A stretch of DNA of 64,000 nucleotides, from positions 1,736,001 to 1,800,000 of the forward strand of contig NW_026782437.1 of the NCBI RefSeq assembly GCF_031769215.1, given 5' to 3'. The notes under the pieces were generated by a model, which worked only from the letters and a program-made list of their open reading frames with translations, did no database searches and was not told where the DNA came from. This stretch comes from Ylistrum balloti. Lineage: Eukaryota. The position numbers and the translations under genes were made by a program. Below are positions 24,601 through 36,576 of this stretch, piece by piece; position 1 is the first letter of the stretch; every line of letters begins with the position of its first letter.

Positions 24601-25351
24601 CCATATGATAGAGGAAGGGTCTGAAGAGGAAAAAATTATATTAGACAGACTTAAAAGTCATACTGCCCTGAAGAAATCCAAGATTCATCCTTTCAAGATC
24701 TTGGTTGCATTGAAAATTTACAGTAAAGGTAAAGGTGAAAAGGGAAAGCTTACCTGGCCTCGCAACAAAAACATTGTTGAAGCATTGGAAAAAGCTTTCT
24801 ACTTGTGTTTTGATAATGTGGAGCCAACCAACAAGAAATACTGCTTGGCAGTAGATGTTAGTGGGTCTATGGATACTGCCATGATGGGTATAGAATCTAT
24901 GACGGCCAGGGATGGAGCAGCCGCTATGATGATGGTCACTGCTAGGACAGAGCCTGACTATGAGGTTTACGCCTTTTGTCACAAACTGGACAAGTTACAT
25001 ATACAGAAAACAGATACACTGAAAAATGTATGTGACAGGATGTCTTCCTTGAATTTTGGAGCCACTGATTGCTCTTTACCAATATTGCATGCCCTCTCAG
25101 ACAAGAAGAGATTTGATGTGTTTATAGTGTATACAGATTCTGAGACCTACTTCCAAGGCCTACATCCCAGCCAACTAATGCAGAAATACCGAATCAAAAC
25201 AGGAATTAAGGATGCTCGCATGATCGTGGTGGGTTTGACCAGCACAGGGTTCACCATTGCTGAACCTGAAGACAAATACATGCTGGATGTAGTTGGATTT
25301 GACACCAATGCCCCACAAGCCATGAAAAGTTTTATTGAGGGAGACTTTTAG
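21689..25351 (+). CDS. RO60: Ro60 / 60 kDa SS-A/Ro ribonucleoprotein-like (TROVE + vWA), two coding exons (21689-21912, 23914-25351), 553 aa
   Basis: QVLNTSGGYVF..TDMTRFLRFLILGTE; in-frame phase-2 splice giving SIDR-LIINDRG; VCKIPTDLF, GWGRAHRRAIAKWY, HKDVVRLAH, MPMNATIRNLGKM, IHPFKIL. MIDAS residues DVSGSM, TDCSLP and YTDSET are present, as is MLDVVGFD. Orthologue versus paralogue is not resolved. Confidence 0.95.
21981..22167. other. Assembly gap (N run) inside the Ro60 intron
   Basis: Run of N. Confidence 1.
22373..22792. repeat. Inverted repeat in the Ro60 intron
   Basis: gaaaaacaaccccaaact (22373-90) and its exact reverse complement agtttggggttgtttttc (22775-92), with AC-rich and GT-rich flanks. 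Confidence 0.6.
23409..23680. mobile_element. MITE / foldback element with ~80-bp imperfect arms in the Ro60 intron
   Basis: 23409-23492 (ccttgatactcgaggggtcac...gaacatgtcttggcaaaattgaaagt) is the approximate reverse complement of 23601-23680 (acttcaattttgccatgacatgttc...gtaacccctggggtatcgagg). Confidence 0.8.
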
Positions 25352-26523
25352 TAACTCAATCACATAAGATATAACTTTTAAACAAAATAGTAAGGATGGA
25401 TAAGCATGGATCATATGAAATACAGCCGTAAAATAGTGGATATCACAGTTAAAGGATGATTCTGGAAAAAAAAAGAATTTTAAAGGAGTGTATATTGAAC
25501 AAAGGCTTGTGAAAATAGCTATTATTTTGTCCTTTTTTGTATGGAAAAGTACATCTATCATTTTACATATGTAAACAAAATTTAAAAAATGTTGTACATA
25601 TCTGTTGCCTCCCTTAACATGAAGACCAAAAGTACATGTTTTGTTGCCTGATGTTTAAAAAAAGTAAAAAAAAAACATGTAAATCTATTTCAGAAATATT
25701 TCCAATGCCTTTGGTTCATTATTACATATTAATGAACTTCATCCGTTTCCATATCATTGTTCATTTTAATCTGTATCCATGTGAACCTGCTATACTGTGA
25801 TGATATATTTGATTATTTCCATTGAAGTTGTATATATATTATCTTAACTCATAAGTCCAATGTATTAATGTATCATTTTGACACCTTCGAAACTGCTGTG
25901 GGCTACACGTCTTTACTGGATAAAGATATTTATTACCTTGTGGAAAAATCAATGTTATTTTGGTTTTTTTCTTTACTATCATCTTTCTTTCAAATATTTC
26001 ATATTTAGGTGTTTTTTTTTATTTTTTTTGCCAAGTTAACAACTAAGGCTATTCTGAAGCAGGCTGTCCTTGTAGTAGCTGATGGCTACTCACTGAACTA
26101 CCTGTTTCATGATTTCGTAATCAATTGAGGATAGTGAATTTTATTCATTTTGCTATGGTTATATTGAATCTGAGTTTGAATTTTAATTTTAAAAGGACGA
26201 AGGCACAACTGTGAAGGTCATTCCTCAGCTTATCATAATTGTTGTTCAACTTCTAAATAGTCACATTACACATTGGAAACACTTGTGTGGCAAACTTATA
26301 CCACATCGGAAACACTTGTATGGCAAATTTATACCTCCTGAACCAGCCTATTACAGATTTGGTGTCATTCATTACTCCAATGGTAGAAGCTAGAAGGAAT
26401 GAAACGCTTCGTGGAGCTTAAGAACATGGGTTGTCGTTGTCTCAGGGGTTGAAAACTTTGTGAAGAAGTGCCAAGTTTAATTTCCCTTTAATCAAGTAGT
26501 ATAGTGTCCGGTTAGAAACCGAA

Positions 26524-29320
26524 TGCTGGTTACGGCAAACCTCGGGGACTTAAAAGTCCACTGGCAGTGTCTACCACCTGCTATATCAAAGATTGTACAA
26601 GACACACTAGTGAATAGCACATTTTCATAATTTAGAATGAGATATAGGAGAACCTAACAAGGAATTAAACTGCATCCTACATCTGTTTTGTCCTTCTAAT
26701 CAGCATTAGCAGCTTGAAACAATCAAACCACAAGTTTTTATTTCTATATGTCAAGACCACACTAGGAATTATTTGTATAAAAAAATATGTCATTGTAAGT
26801 AATTGTCAATTATTGCTTCCTTTTCATCAGATACTGAAATATTCCCTGCTTTAACAAAAGTAGGCTTCATCGATAATTAAGAAATTTTATTGGGTAATGC
26901 ACGATAATTCCAAAGACGAAGTGTCTAGCAAATCATGCTACGGTTTTACAATCTTTCTGTTTATCGGTCAAAATAAATTCATGGATAACGGAAATTCATC
27001 GTTTTATTGCTGACTAATAATGTTGTGCGATCCAAGCTTTTAATTACTGATCTGTACAAACTTAAGGAATATTTTGAATGCCTGCTTACGGACAATTTTG
27101 TTGAAGTTGAACGGTGGTACAAGTATATTGTTGTAAGCTAAACCGTAGCGTATTTCTCAGGCGGAGATAGAATGTACTGGAGATGAAATCATGGTTTTCT
27201 TTTCTTGAATTTATTCGTTGAGACTTTTGGCAAATCCATGGAAATAAACTCTGCCTCTCTTTTTGTTATATTGAAGCGCAATAACCTTACCTTCAATGTC
27301 ACGTTTATATATATGAATGTCGTGATTTTTTTAAGAAATGTATTGACCATGTTCGTCGTTTATATCAACTAGAATAGTTAGTAGAGAACATATTGTAGAC
27401 TTATTAGACGACATGTTATACCGCTGCTTAACTCAATCTATACTAGAACGCAACCCAATGTGCCAACTTCCATTAAAAACGGCCACCAACCTGCAGGTCA
27501 TACCTTTTGATTATGTTAGTAAACCAAACCTTCTGCTGTGTTTTCAGCTGTGACTCTAGCGGCAAAAAATTGACACTTCTGAGAGGGACAATGACTGCAT
27601 CAGCACAGATGGAGCAGAATTTGAGATAAAGTCGAACTGCCACATGTCATTTCTATTGTTAGTGGTAGTTCAAATTCCTCAGAATTGAATTAACCAACGT
27701 TTCCCAAGAATATTAATATGAATATTTTATTGTTTTACCTCGCATTCACTTAAAACTGATGTCATGTTTCATCTCCATAGCTCAATGGGATTTCATTCGG
27801 CTCAGTAGGTTAAACTACCTAGATTTATAGGAACTTTGTAGTTTTAAATGTCAATATTACAATTATATAGAGTAGCTTAGTGATACTATTTAAAGACATT
27901 TTGTTAAAAATATAACTTTTCCTTTCCCTTGACCAACGAGCACATAATTCAACACGTCAATAAAATTATTAGAGTTTAGAGATACAGTATACAAAGCAGT
28001 AAATTAAATTACTTTTTGTTTTATAGTTCAGAGATTAATGAATTATCTAAAATATTTACCACTATTTGGCATTGCCTTAATATGACCTTACTTAATCAAG
28101 TCAGATGTTGTCGATGAAGCAGAAGACTCGATGAAGCAGAAGCAGAAGCTAACTCCTCAGAAACGAGTGGTCGTATTCTTTTACGTTTTCAGGGGTCTCG
28201 GTGTAGATTTTTCCTTTACATATATTTTGTGTAGATTTTTCCTTTGTATTCATTTTGCTATGGTTTTATTGAATCCGAGTTTGAAGTTAGATACTGTTGA
28301 CATAGTTCGTTGTTTTTTGTTATCGTTTTAACATTATTCTCCTATACGCACTATCTCTTTTACTCTGTTAATGAAAACGATAAGTTTAGTGTACCTGTGA
28401 TGCTTTAAGATTGTCTAATGAAATATCGGTTAAAACTCACCATATCAAGTTTACAACAACGTACATTCTTTTGTCAACTTATACAATATGCAAAACTAAT
28501 CAGCTTTTTGTTTTTATTTTAATGTGTTTTGGAGGACAAATACGTACCGTTGGGATCGATAGAACATGTTTAAATTATCATAAAACCATCTATACCATTG
28601 ACATTATAACGAGGAATACGATTCATATTACAGTGCGTAGGTTTAAAACCATGTTCAACCCAGACTTACTAGTGAAAAAAACCAATAAAAGAAAATAATG
28701 ATAATGAAATTACAGTTGCTCTTTCTGAATTATCTATATTATCGATCTATAGAGTGAGAAACAGTAGAGCCAAACAACGAAGTTGAACGGTGGTACAAGT
28801 ATATTGTTGTAAGCTGAAACGTAGCATATTTCTCAGGCGGAGATAGAATGCATAATACAGTTGTTTCATTCTTCCAGGACTCGTCAGTGATGCTCAGGAC
28901 CTAAAATTTCAAGCCTTGGAGACGTCTAAGGAAAATCCAAAGCGATCTAAAGATAATTAAAAATCTAGACGGGGAGGGACAGCAGCCCTTTAATTAGATA
29001 TATTCCGTAATTTTCATACATCAGATTATTTTAGAACAGCGTCAAGTACATGTGTATTTTCTGAACCGTGCCACTATTCGAGTGAATTTAAACGTGGCAA
29101 GCTGGTTACGGCAAACCCCGGGGACTTAAAAGTCCACAAGCAGTATCTACCTCCTACTGTTCCGGTCCTTGGTCGACGAACAGATAATTTAACACCCCAA
29201 TAAAAGTATTAGAATTGAGAGATACAGTATACAAAGTAGTAAATTAAATGACTATTTGTTTTATAATTCAGAGATATATCAACGAATTATCTAAAATATT
29301 TACCACTATTTAGCATTGAC
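26524..29320 (+). repeat. Three locally duplicated segments in shuffled order
   Basis: A: 26524-26583 ~ 29101-29157. B: 27103-27174 ~ 28779-28850. C: about 27958-28075 ~ 29199-29320. Confidence 0.85.
28850..28895 (-). ncRNA. Degenerate minimal type I hammerhead ribozyme (Penelope/retrozyme-like)
   Basis: Minus strand reads GAGCAUCA-CUGACGA-GUCC-UGGAA-GAAU-GAAA-C-AACU-G-UA-UUAUGC. Both core boxes and the UH site are present; stems I and II carry mismatches. Confidence 0.65.
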
Positions 29321-29449
29321 CTAATATGAACTTATTTGAACAAGTGGTTGAGTATTACCAGCCATTAACTGCCATTTTGCGGATGAATACAGGAATGTTA
29401 ACCGACTGAAATAACTTCCCCTTATACTTGACCTTACCCGATAACAGTT

Positions 29450-30495
29450 GTTTACGCTCAATATATATTTTGCTGCAGAAAATGTATCATTTTGCATGAA
29501 AGCACTTATAGCAATAAAGACTGATTGTGGGAGCTGACTAGTCAATACAGGGTATGTCCCCCATTCACTCTCTCCACAGCCCTGATTCTCCTAGTCATGC
29601 AGTTCATAAGTAAGCTTATCCTCCTCATTGGTATGTTGGGCCATCCTTCCGAGAGGGCTGTTCTCGGTTGGGCCAGAGTAGCATCGAGAGTCTTGCATCT
29701 TCGAACCTATCTGTCCAGCTGGTCCAACAAGTACTCAATAGTGGATAGTTCGGGGTTGTATTGCGGCCAGTCCAGTGGGTGGATATTGCTGTTAGTGAGG
29801 AAGTCGCTAAATGGGGCATGAGACAACATGGGGTCGGAAGATCTCGTCTCTATACCTCGCGGCAGTTAAAACAACCGCTACCGCAACCAGTGGTGATTTA
29901 ACCTTTCCCTCTCTACTACGCAGCATTCGGGAAATGTTCTCTTCGACGTCGATATATACGATGGCGAACTTCTGCTTATTAGTAAACAATATCCGCCTCC
30001 ACTGCCTCAATCAGAATATTCTGGGTACATGTGTCGCCACCAAGCCATACGACGCTGGCGATGAGCAGTGGTAAGGGACAGATATACAAACGGATGACAT
30101 GCTCGCAGACCAATTTCTAGAATCGTTTCTTTACAGTATTTGCATGGAAAAGACGGTATGAAGGGCAGATTCAGTTGCGGTAAGGTGCCGTCAGCTGTGC
30201 CATTGTTTAATGTTATTAATCAAAATATCAGAAAATGATATGTCTCTATGAAGATTACATAATGGTATGACGAGCAGTGTAACTCAATGTCACAACACTA
30301 CTGTGTACGAGATTTTCCCGTTTTGTGCATTTCCCGGAAGACACACACGCAATACAATAATGCAACATTCGATGCAGGACCATGTGCACTGTAACATAGA
30401 GAGTTGCTTGACCGATTCTCATTGTTTTTGAACAACGAGTTCGCAAGATATTGCAAATAATGCCACCCTGCGTTTCTTTATATCTTAAGTATATA
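29450..30495 (-). mobile_element. Degraded Tc1/mariner element
   Basis: Minus strand reads ...QWRRILFT..., LDWPQYNPELSTIEYLLDQLDR*VRR and ...NGGHT. A TIR-like tatacttaagatataaagaaacgca lies at the right end next to a TA run. Confidence 0.8.
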
Positions 30496-31855
30496 TATAT
30501 AACATTGGTATATTATGTAGCAATGGTGTTTCTCTAAATCAGCTCAAGGGTTCGGCTGACTACTTGTTAAACATATACAATGTAATACAAGTAGAAAATT
30601 TACTTGTTTTGAAAAAGACATCTAAATTACCATATTGTGTGTATCCATACATGTGAACTAAAGTGCACAACTCCTGTCGCTTCTCCTGTTGGTTCTTAGA
30701 AACTACACTGTTTTCAAAGGTGATGCGCGAATGTTAACGTAGTTCGTACAGTATATATAACAAGGTATATCTAATTATTATCAGCAATATTTTATTTATA
30801 TATACTGGACTTGCACGAACAAGACCAAGAAAAAATTAATTTTCCATTTCAAAATACTACAATGGTTGTTTTAACAAAAACACTCTGGTACAGCAAATGT
30901 CAGCTCTTCATATTTCAACTGTACAATGACTCCAACCACGTAGGCTTGAGAAAGTCGCGTTTAGGATTTTTTGACCTTTGATCTCCACAAACGAAAACGC
31001 CAGTTATCAGCAATTGTTTTTGCTGAGATGGCAATCTATGGATAATACTAGCACAACTTTTTTATCAGCGTTGTTCCGGTGATGAAAGAAAGATGAGACG
31101 TTATCGTACGTATGTGTACCTCTACATCTTTTCCAAGGTTTGGTTATTGTCTGGCATCCTCTTTAGCGAGTTAGTCACGCCACAATGGAGTATCTTTTTG
31201 TATCTCACTGACTTACACAACAAAAAACAATTGTACCCTCTACTTCATAAGATACATAAAAAAAAGATTTGATAAAAGGCCTCTTCTCTTTCGCAATACA
31301 CATATATCTTGTGATGAATGAAGCTTTCCACTTTATCGACATATGTAAATGTCACATTGATTTTCTGCATTTTTTGTTCTTACGCCCATTTAAAATTCAT
31401 TTATTATTCCCCTTAGGATCTTTAATTGCTTCAAGCGACGGAGGGGAATCTTGGATGGACGATGTCACCTCGCGGGAATCTAAAAGTAACTAAACTGTAT
31501 ACAATATCACCAAGATCAACATCTTCAATCAGGCAAATGATTCAAACGATCGAGTCAGATTGCTGATATTGAGGCTACATGTATGATATCCTCTTCTGTC
31601 CGTTCAACAGATACGTTTCGTAAGGAGTTATCAGCTCCAAACCCAATGCGTTTTCTCAAGTAAATACGGGAACGAAGAGTTTCATCAATTTATTACCGTG
31701 GGCGGCTTCATGTTTAGAGGCATTAGCCAGTTTGAAAACTTCAGTGTTTTATTATGATAATTGATATTACGTAAATAACAACATATTAAACTTTTAAATT
31801 ACGGAATTTCCACCTACTTTTAGCCTGCATGATAAGGATAAATTGATGGCATTTT

Positions 31856-34800
31856 TCAAGGCTTTTCACATATAACTTTACTCGGAACAAGTCCCGCGGA
31901 GTCATCAAATAATCCGTGGGTTTTCAGGTTCATGCCAATGACGATATCAATGGGATATGCCCTTGGTTCTCCAGGACCCCAGAATGACGGGTCCATATTT
32001 ACTACTGAACCGTCCAGCCATTTCCAGGTACCTGCCACTAGCTTTCCTCCTATCCAGTAGTAACGAGTACCAGAGGGCCCTATACACAAAAAATGACACG
32101 GCATGAAATCATTACAAAACGAAAGTAACAGCTACAGGAAGTAAATACAAACGATATGACATCACGGTGTTTCAGAATAGAAGAGTTAACATTCAATATC
32201 CAGCAAAATGTCTTTAACTTTAAGTCCATTCATAAAAATAGGAATATATTTCTACATGACTGGAAAACAGTCCGATAATTGTACGGACAGGATAATGATA
32301 TGATTTATGCATGGTCGGAAAATAGGACAACATTAGGTACATCGGAAAACAGGGCGACATTAGCTATGTCGTATGACAGGACAATATTGGCTTTGTTGGA
32401 CAACAAGAAGGTATCTGCAGGTTAGGACATTAATCGGGTTGGACAATTTTGCTTATATCATGACATTAACCTAACCCTAAACAGAACACAAGGACATGAT
32501 GATTTTCCCTAGGTCCTGACATTGGAATTACAGATCAAGAAGACAGTTTTTGCAAAGTCATATCTGTCTTGCCAGGTCAAGATATCAAGTCGATCTTGGC
32601 TAGGATTAGATAGTACGTAGCTAACGATAACAGGATGATTTTAGCCAGGTCAACAGAACAATATTACTCAGGTTATAACTTTAAACTTTATAACATTTAC
32701 CGTGGCATTACAATGAATAAGAAAAACACGAACTTATCTAGACCATTGTATTAGGAAGATGTTAATCTAGACATGACATATTGACTATCGTTGCAATGTC
32801 ATTACAATAGCCCAAGAGGAATTTTGCTTTGTCACTGAATCGTGACAGCTTTTAATACGATCTTCGCTGATAGTGGTCGAATAATCGTAAATGTTTGTGT
32901 GTATGATTTATCGCCCCATGGATAACTATGACGAAAGGTCTTCTTGTAGTACCTAGTGACTGCCACAATGAACAGTATATGCATGTCATCCGGAGTATTA
33001 GGGGTAAGGAAGCTTGCCCTTGGAAACAACCATGACTGCACAGAATAGTCCATTTCTCATCTTTTTTAGAAACCTAAATCGCCACGGGAAGGAAGTATCG
33101 AACCACGCACCTTGGATCTTCACCTGTATTACGTTGACCAACGTTCTAACCGACCGAGTTATTGTGGTCCATCATCCAGTAAAAGAAATTGGCAGTATGT
33201 AGATGTTCTTAATCAATAATAAGTTGACGTGATAATTGCACACATCAACCACATAAATTTTCTGACTGCTATTTTCAGAGATTGAATTATTTCAGCTGAA
33301 CTAAAAGAAACTTACCCCCAGGGCCGTTGAGATATTGCTTGATGTAAAGCAGTTTGGCCATAGTCTGAAATGAAACTAGTCTACCGTCTTCTTCTGAGCA
33401 GTAGATGTTCCCACCTTCCCAAGTATAAGGTTCGTACCATGTCCAACAGAGGTCCATAGGTGGGTAGTAGATGTAGTGTGAATGGCATCGTAAAGCTGTA
33501 TAAGGAAACAATAACTGGACTAGATTATCATAACCTCGTTAACGTTATTAATGTGTATTCTCTATATGTTGCGCTATTGTTTCCAAGTGTGGCGTGCATA
33601 TATGAATTGATTTTGAAAACTTAATTCATGGTCCGTTTCATTACGTTATTTGGCAATAGTACTGATCTACTGGACGCAGGAAAATTGACACTTATGATAC
33701 ATACCCTGGCACTCTTGTAATTGATAAATTAGTATACATTGTCCTTTCAAACATTGAAAGTCGTTTGTAACTATTTAGGTTCTCGCCTCTGTACGAAACA
33801 CATTGGGTATGTTTTAGATTGTCAAGAATATCTCTATTCACAACGTTATCTATGTTAAGTCCCCATATTTCAACTTCTTCAAATGTTATTCGTCTTTTTC
33901 ACCTGAAAACCTTTACCTTTTTCATCCTTTTTTCGCTCATTCTGAAGTAATCATAGTAAAGCATTGCATCTAAAGGAAAAGTATTGTATTAAAAGTTGAA
34001 TTGAAATAATTTTACACAATACAGTGCAAACCAAAGATGTGTTCACATTTTCCTACATAGAATCGCATGCTAATGATTTTGGAGGCCGTTCAATGCAAAA
34101 AAGAATGTTTAAGTATCTTGCATTTCTACCTTAATATTGACCTAGAAATTAATCTGTTGATAATTTGGTTCGGATAACATATGGAACGAACGACATAACA
34201 GCAATATTATAAATGAATTACATCGGTGGTGTTAAATACATTGCCGAAAACTCAACAACGACTGCGTGTGACTTTAATATGGCTGGATATGTTCTGGATA
34301 TGTCTCAACTAAGATTACACAAAACTAATTAAAATCATTGACAAATAAGCAGATTAAAGTAGCAACAACTGTTTTATATTCAAGCACTGGTCAGGCAAGT
34401 CTAGCTATTTCATTGATTCAGTGGTATAATTATCTACAACAGTAATGATGTGCTCGCCATCAGCCTGTCTTTGTGATGGTATAAGTTACCTCCACAACGT
34501 CATCATTGTCTTGATGTAGTATATATTTCATATAATTACCTGAAAGGAATAGTTGTATCTCATAATTTGTGTGTTGCTTTTAACAGAAATATCTAAAAAT
34601 AACTACACTATATCCTTATTTATATTCAAACATCTTTATACGTAATGAAAATCGATAATTACACGTAATTAACATATACGTTAAAGTTACAGCAAACGTA
34701 AAGCTCGAGAGATGCAACAGTCGCAGTAGTGCTTTTACAATCCTCTCTCTCTCTCTCTCAAATAGAACTTTGTTAATACAAAAACACATATCAATGGGTC

Positions 34801-35700
34801 GTTTAATGGTATGGATTTTTCATTTTTTAGTTTTCTTTTCAACCCTGTAATTAAAATAATCTTACCTTTGTTCATACAAATAATAAACGCTTTATTGGAT
34901 TGTGTGTTGTAAATAGAACTCTGGTAACAAAAAAACCTACAAAATGTAGATATGATCAGACATTGAACTTCCAAACTATCGATTTGTTAAAAATTGTATC
35001 AAAACTTACAATATATCCCTTACAAACAATCACGCAGGAATAAAAATGTGTTAAAAAGATATTTATCACATTCATTTAAAAGTGAAACATGCATACTAAT
35101 ATACGGAACGATACGGTAAGGAACAAACCGGAATAAGGAAAAGCTGTATTAAGGCAGATACTCCAGTCCATATACAGAGCTGTCTTAACTATCATTAATA
35201 AGGCTTGCCAAGTGTGTCTGTATTCAATGTAGCGTCAAATTGACCAATATTGACTCATCATTGTATTCCTATGGAGTACCGAGGGAAAATATAAACACAA
35301 GGACTTAACTGTTAACAGTGACGTGTATGGCCCGCATTTTACGTATGGCTAAAATTGCATCTCATGTTGTTGGATACATTGAGCTCGCTCTCAGACAGTG
35401 ACTTCATTATAACAACAAATATTGACGACGACAGAGTACGTCCTACTTATGAACAAATTTATTTACCTTTTTTCCAGACTCGTGTTCCTATGTTTGACGA
35501 AAGTCGAGCAAAACGGCTGTAACCTCGGCAGTCATTCTTGTCCATGTTCAAGCTGAATCCATAACACTTGGACACTTTGTTACATTTGGCCGCACACGTT
35601 GACAAGCTTGACGTCGCAATTTTGAATAAAGAGTCACTAAAAACATAGTTGGATCTAGCTTTGTCCTCCTGAAAGTTACCGTACTGTTTTTTCCCAATTG
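31856..35700 (-). CDS. PAN/Apple-like + C-type lectin-like domain protein; exons 35700-35467, 33495-33316, 32079-31856; first exon not identified
   Basis: Three phase-1 GT-AG exons join in frame: SLSTCAAKCNKVSKCYGFSLNMDKNDCRGY (PAN-like); CHSHYIYYPPMDLCW...TWEGGNIYCSEEDGRLV; YWIGG...WKWLDGS...FWGPGEP...VICEKP*. A minus-strand AATAAA lies at ~31748. Confidence 0.82.
32880..33170 (-). mobile_element. tRNA-derived SINE relic in the lectin intron
   Basis: Minus-strand A-box-like TAACTCGGTCGGT (33161-33149) and B-box-like GGTTCGATAC (33104-33095). No intact cloverleaf; the 3' boundary is approximate. Confidence 0.55.
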
Positions 35701-36471
35701 CTGTAAAACATGGATACATTTATTAAATACCAAGTAAAACTCATGTTGATATTTCAGAGAAGGCATCATTTTATCCTAATGGTCAAGACGGAATTTATAT
35801 TCACTTTTTTCACAGCATGGGATTTTCAAACATACATCACCATTCCGAACACTGTACAAAAGAGAAATAAGTGAATGTTATAGTAAAGTCAAACAATGAA
35901 TTAAACTGTATCATGCAGTTATTTCGTCATTCTAGGACTCATAAGTGATGTTAAAGGACTATATTTTAAACCCGAGAGCCGACTGAGGAAATAGTTACGA
36001 ATTGCATGTAAAAGCGCTTGTCTATTATTGCATCTACCCTCTGTAGAAGAAAGTCATTTGATCTGGAACACTGGTGTTCATTGAAGAAAATGTTAACGAA
36101 TGGAGAATACATTCACGGCACTCTGTACTTATATCTCGTGATCTTAATATGAAGATGACTAATTGGAGATTAACAATACAATTACATTATGACAATGTTT
36201 GATAAGAAACAAAGGAGTGTATGTATATAAATATAGAACAACTGCTTCATCGATAAATATGTATTATTATATGATGAGGAAGCTTATTGGTTACTTTCAT
36301 GAGAATAAATCATCTTCACAGCGCTTTTTCTGTTATATATATACTTTTTTTTCTATTTGGAAAAGAATCACATGCTTTGTTCTTTTTATAGGAGAGCAAT
36401 AGAATAAACCCATGTGTTATACAATATGTTTATACATGTACGTATGATAAACACTAAAGTCATTATAACCC

Positions 36472-36576
36472 GGTCGATACGAGGGTTTATTGGCCAAACA
36501 CACAATCATATTGACAGAGGATGTAGTCCAAGGTCAATATGATCCTTACCTGTGTTGGTAAATCCAGGTATCGACC
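36472..36576. mobile_element. Short palindromic MITE-like element
   Basis: Nested inverted pairs ggtcgatac/gtatcgacc and atcatattgac/gtcaatatgat. Confidence 0.7.

Noticed and set aside
33080-33170. Functional tRNA gene
   Set aside because: A and B boxes are present, but acceptor and anticodon stems cannot be formed; treated as a SINE head.
34489-34538. Possible extra lectin exon with AG/GT ends on the minus strand
   Set aside because: A ~50-nt exon would break the frame, and the flanking exons join in phase without it.
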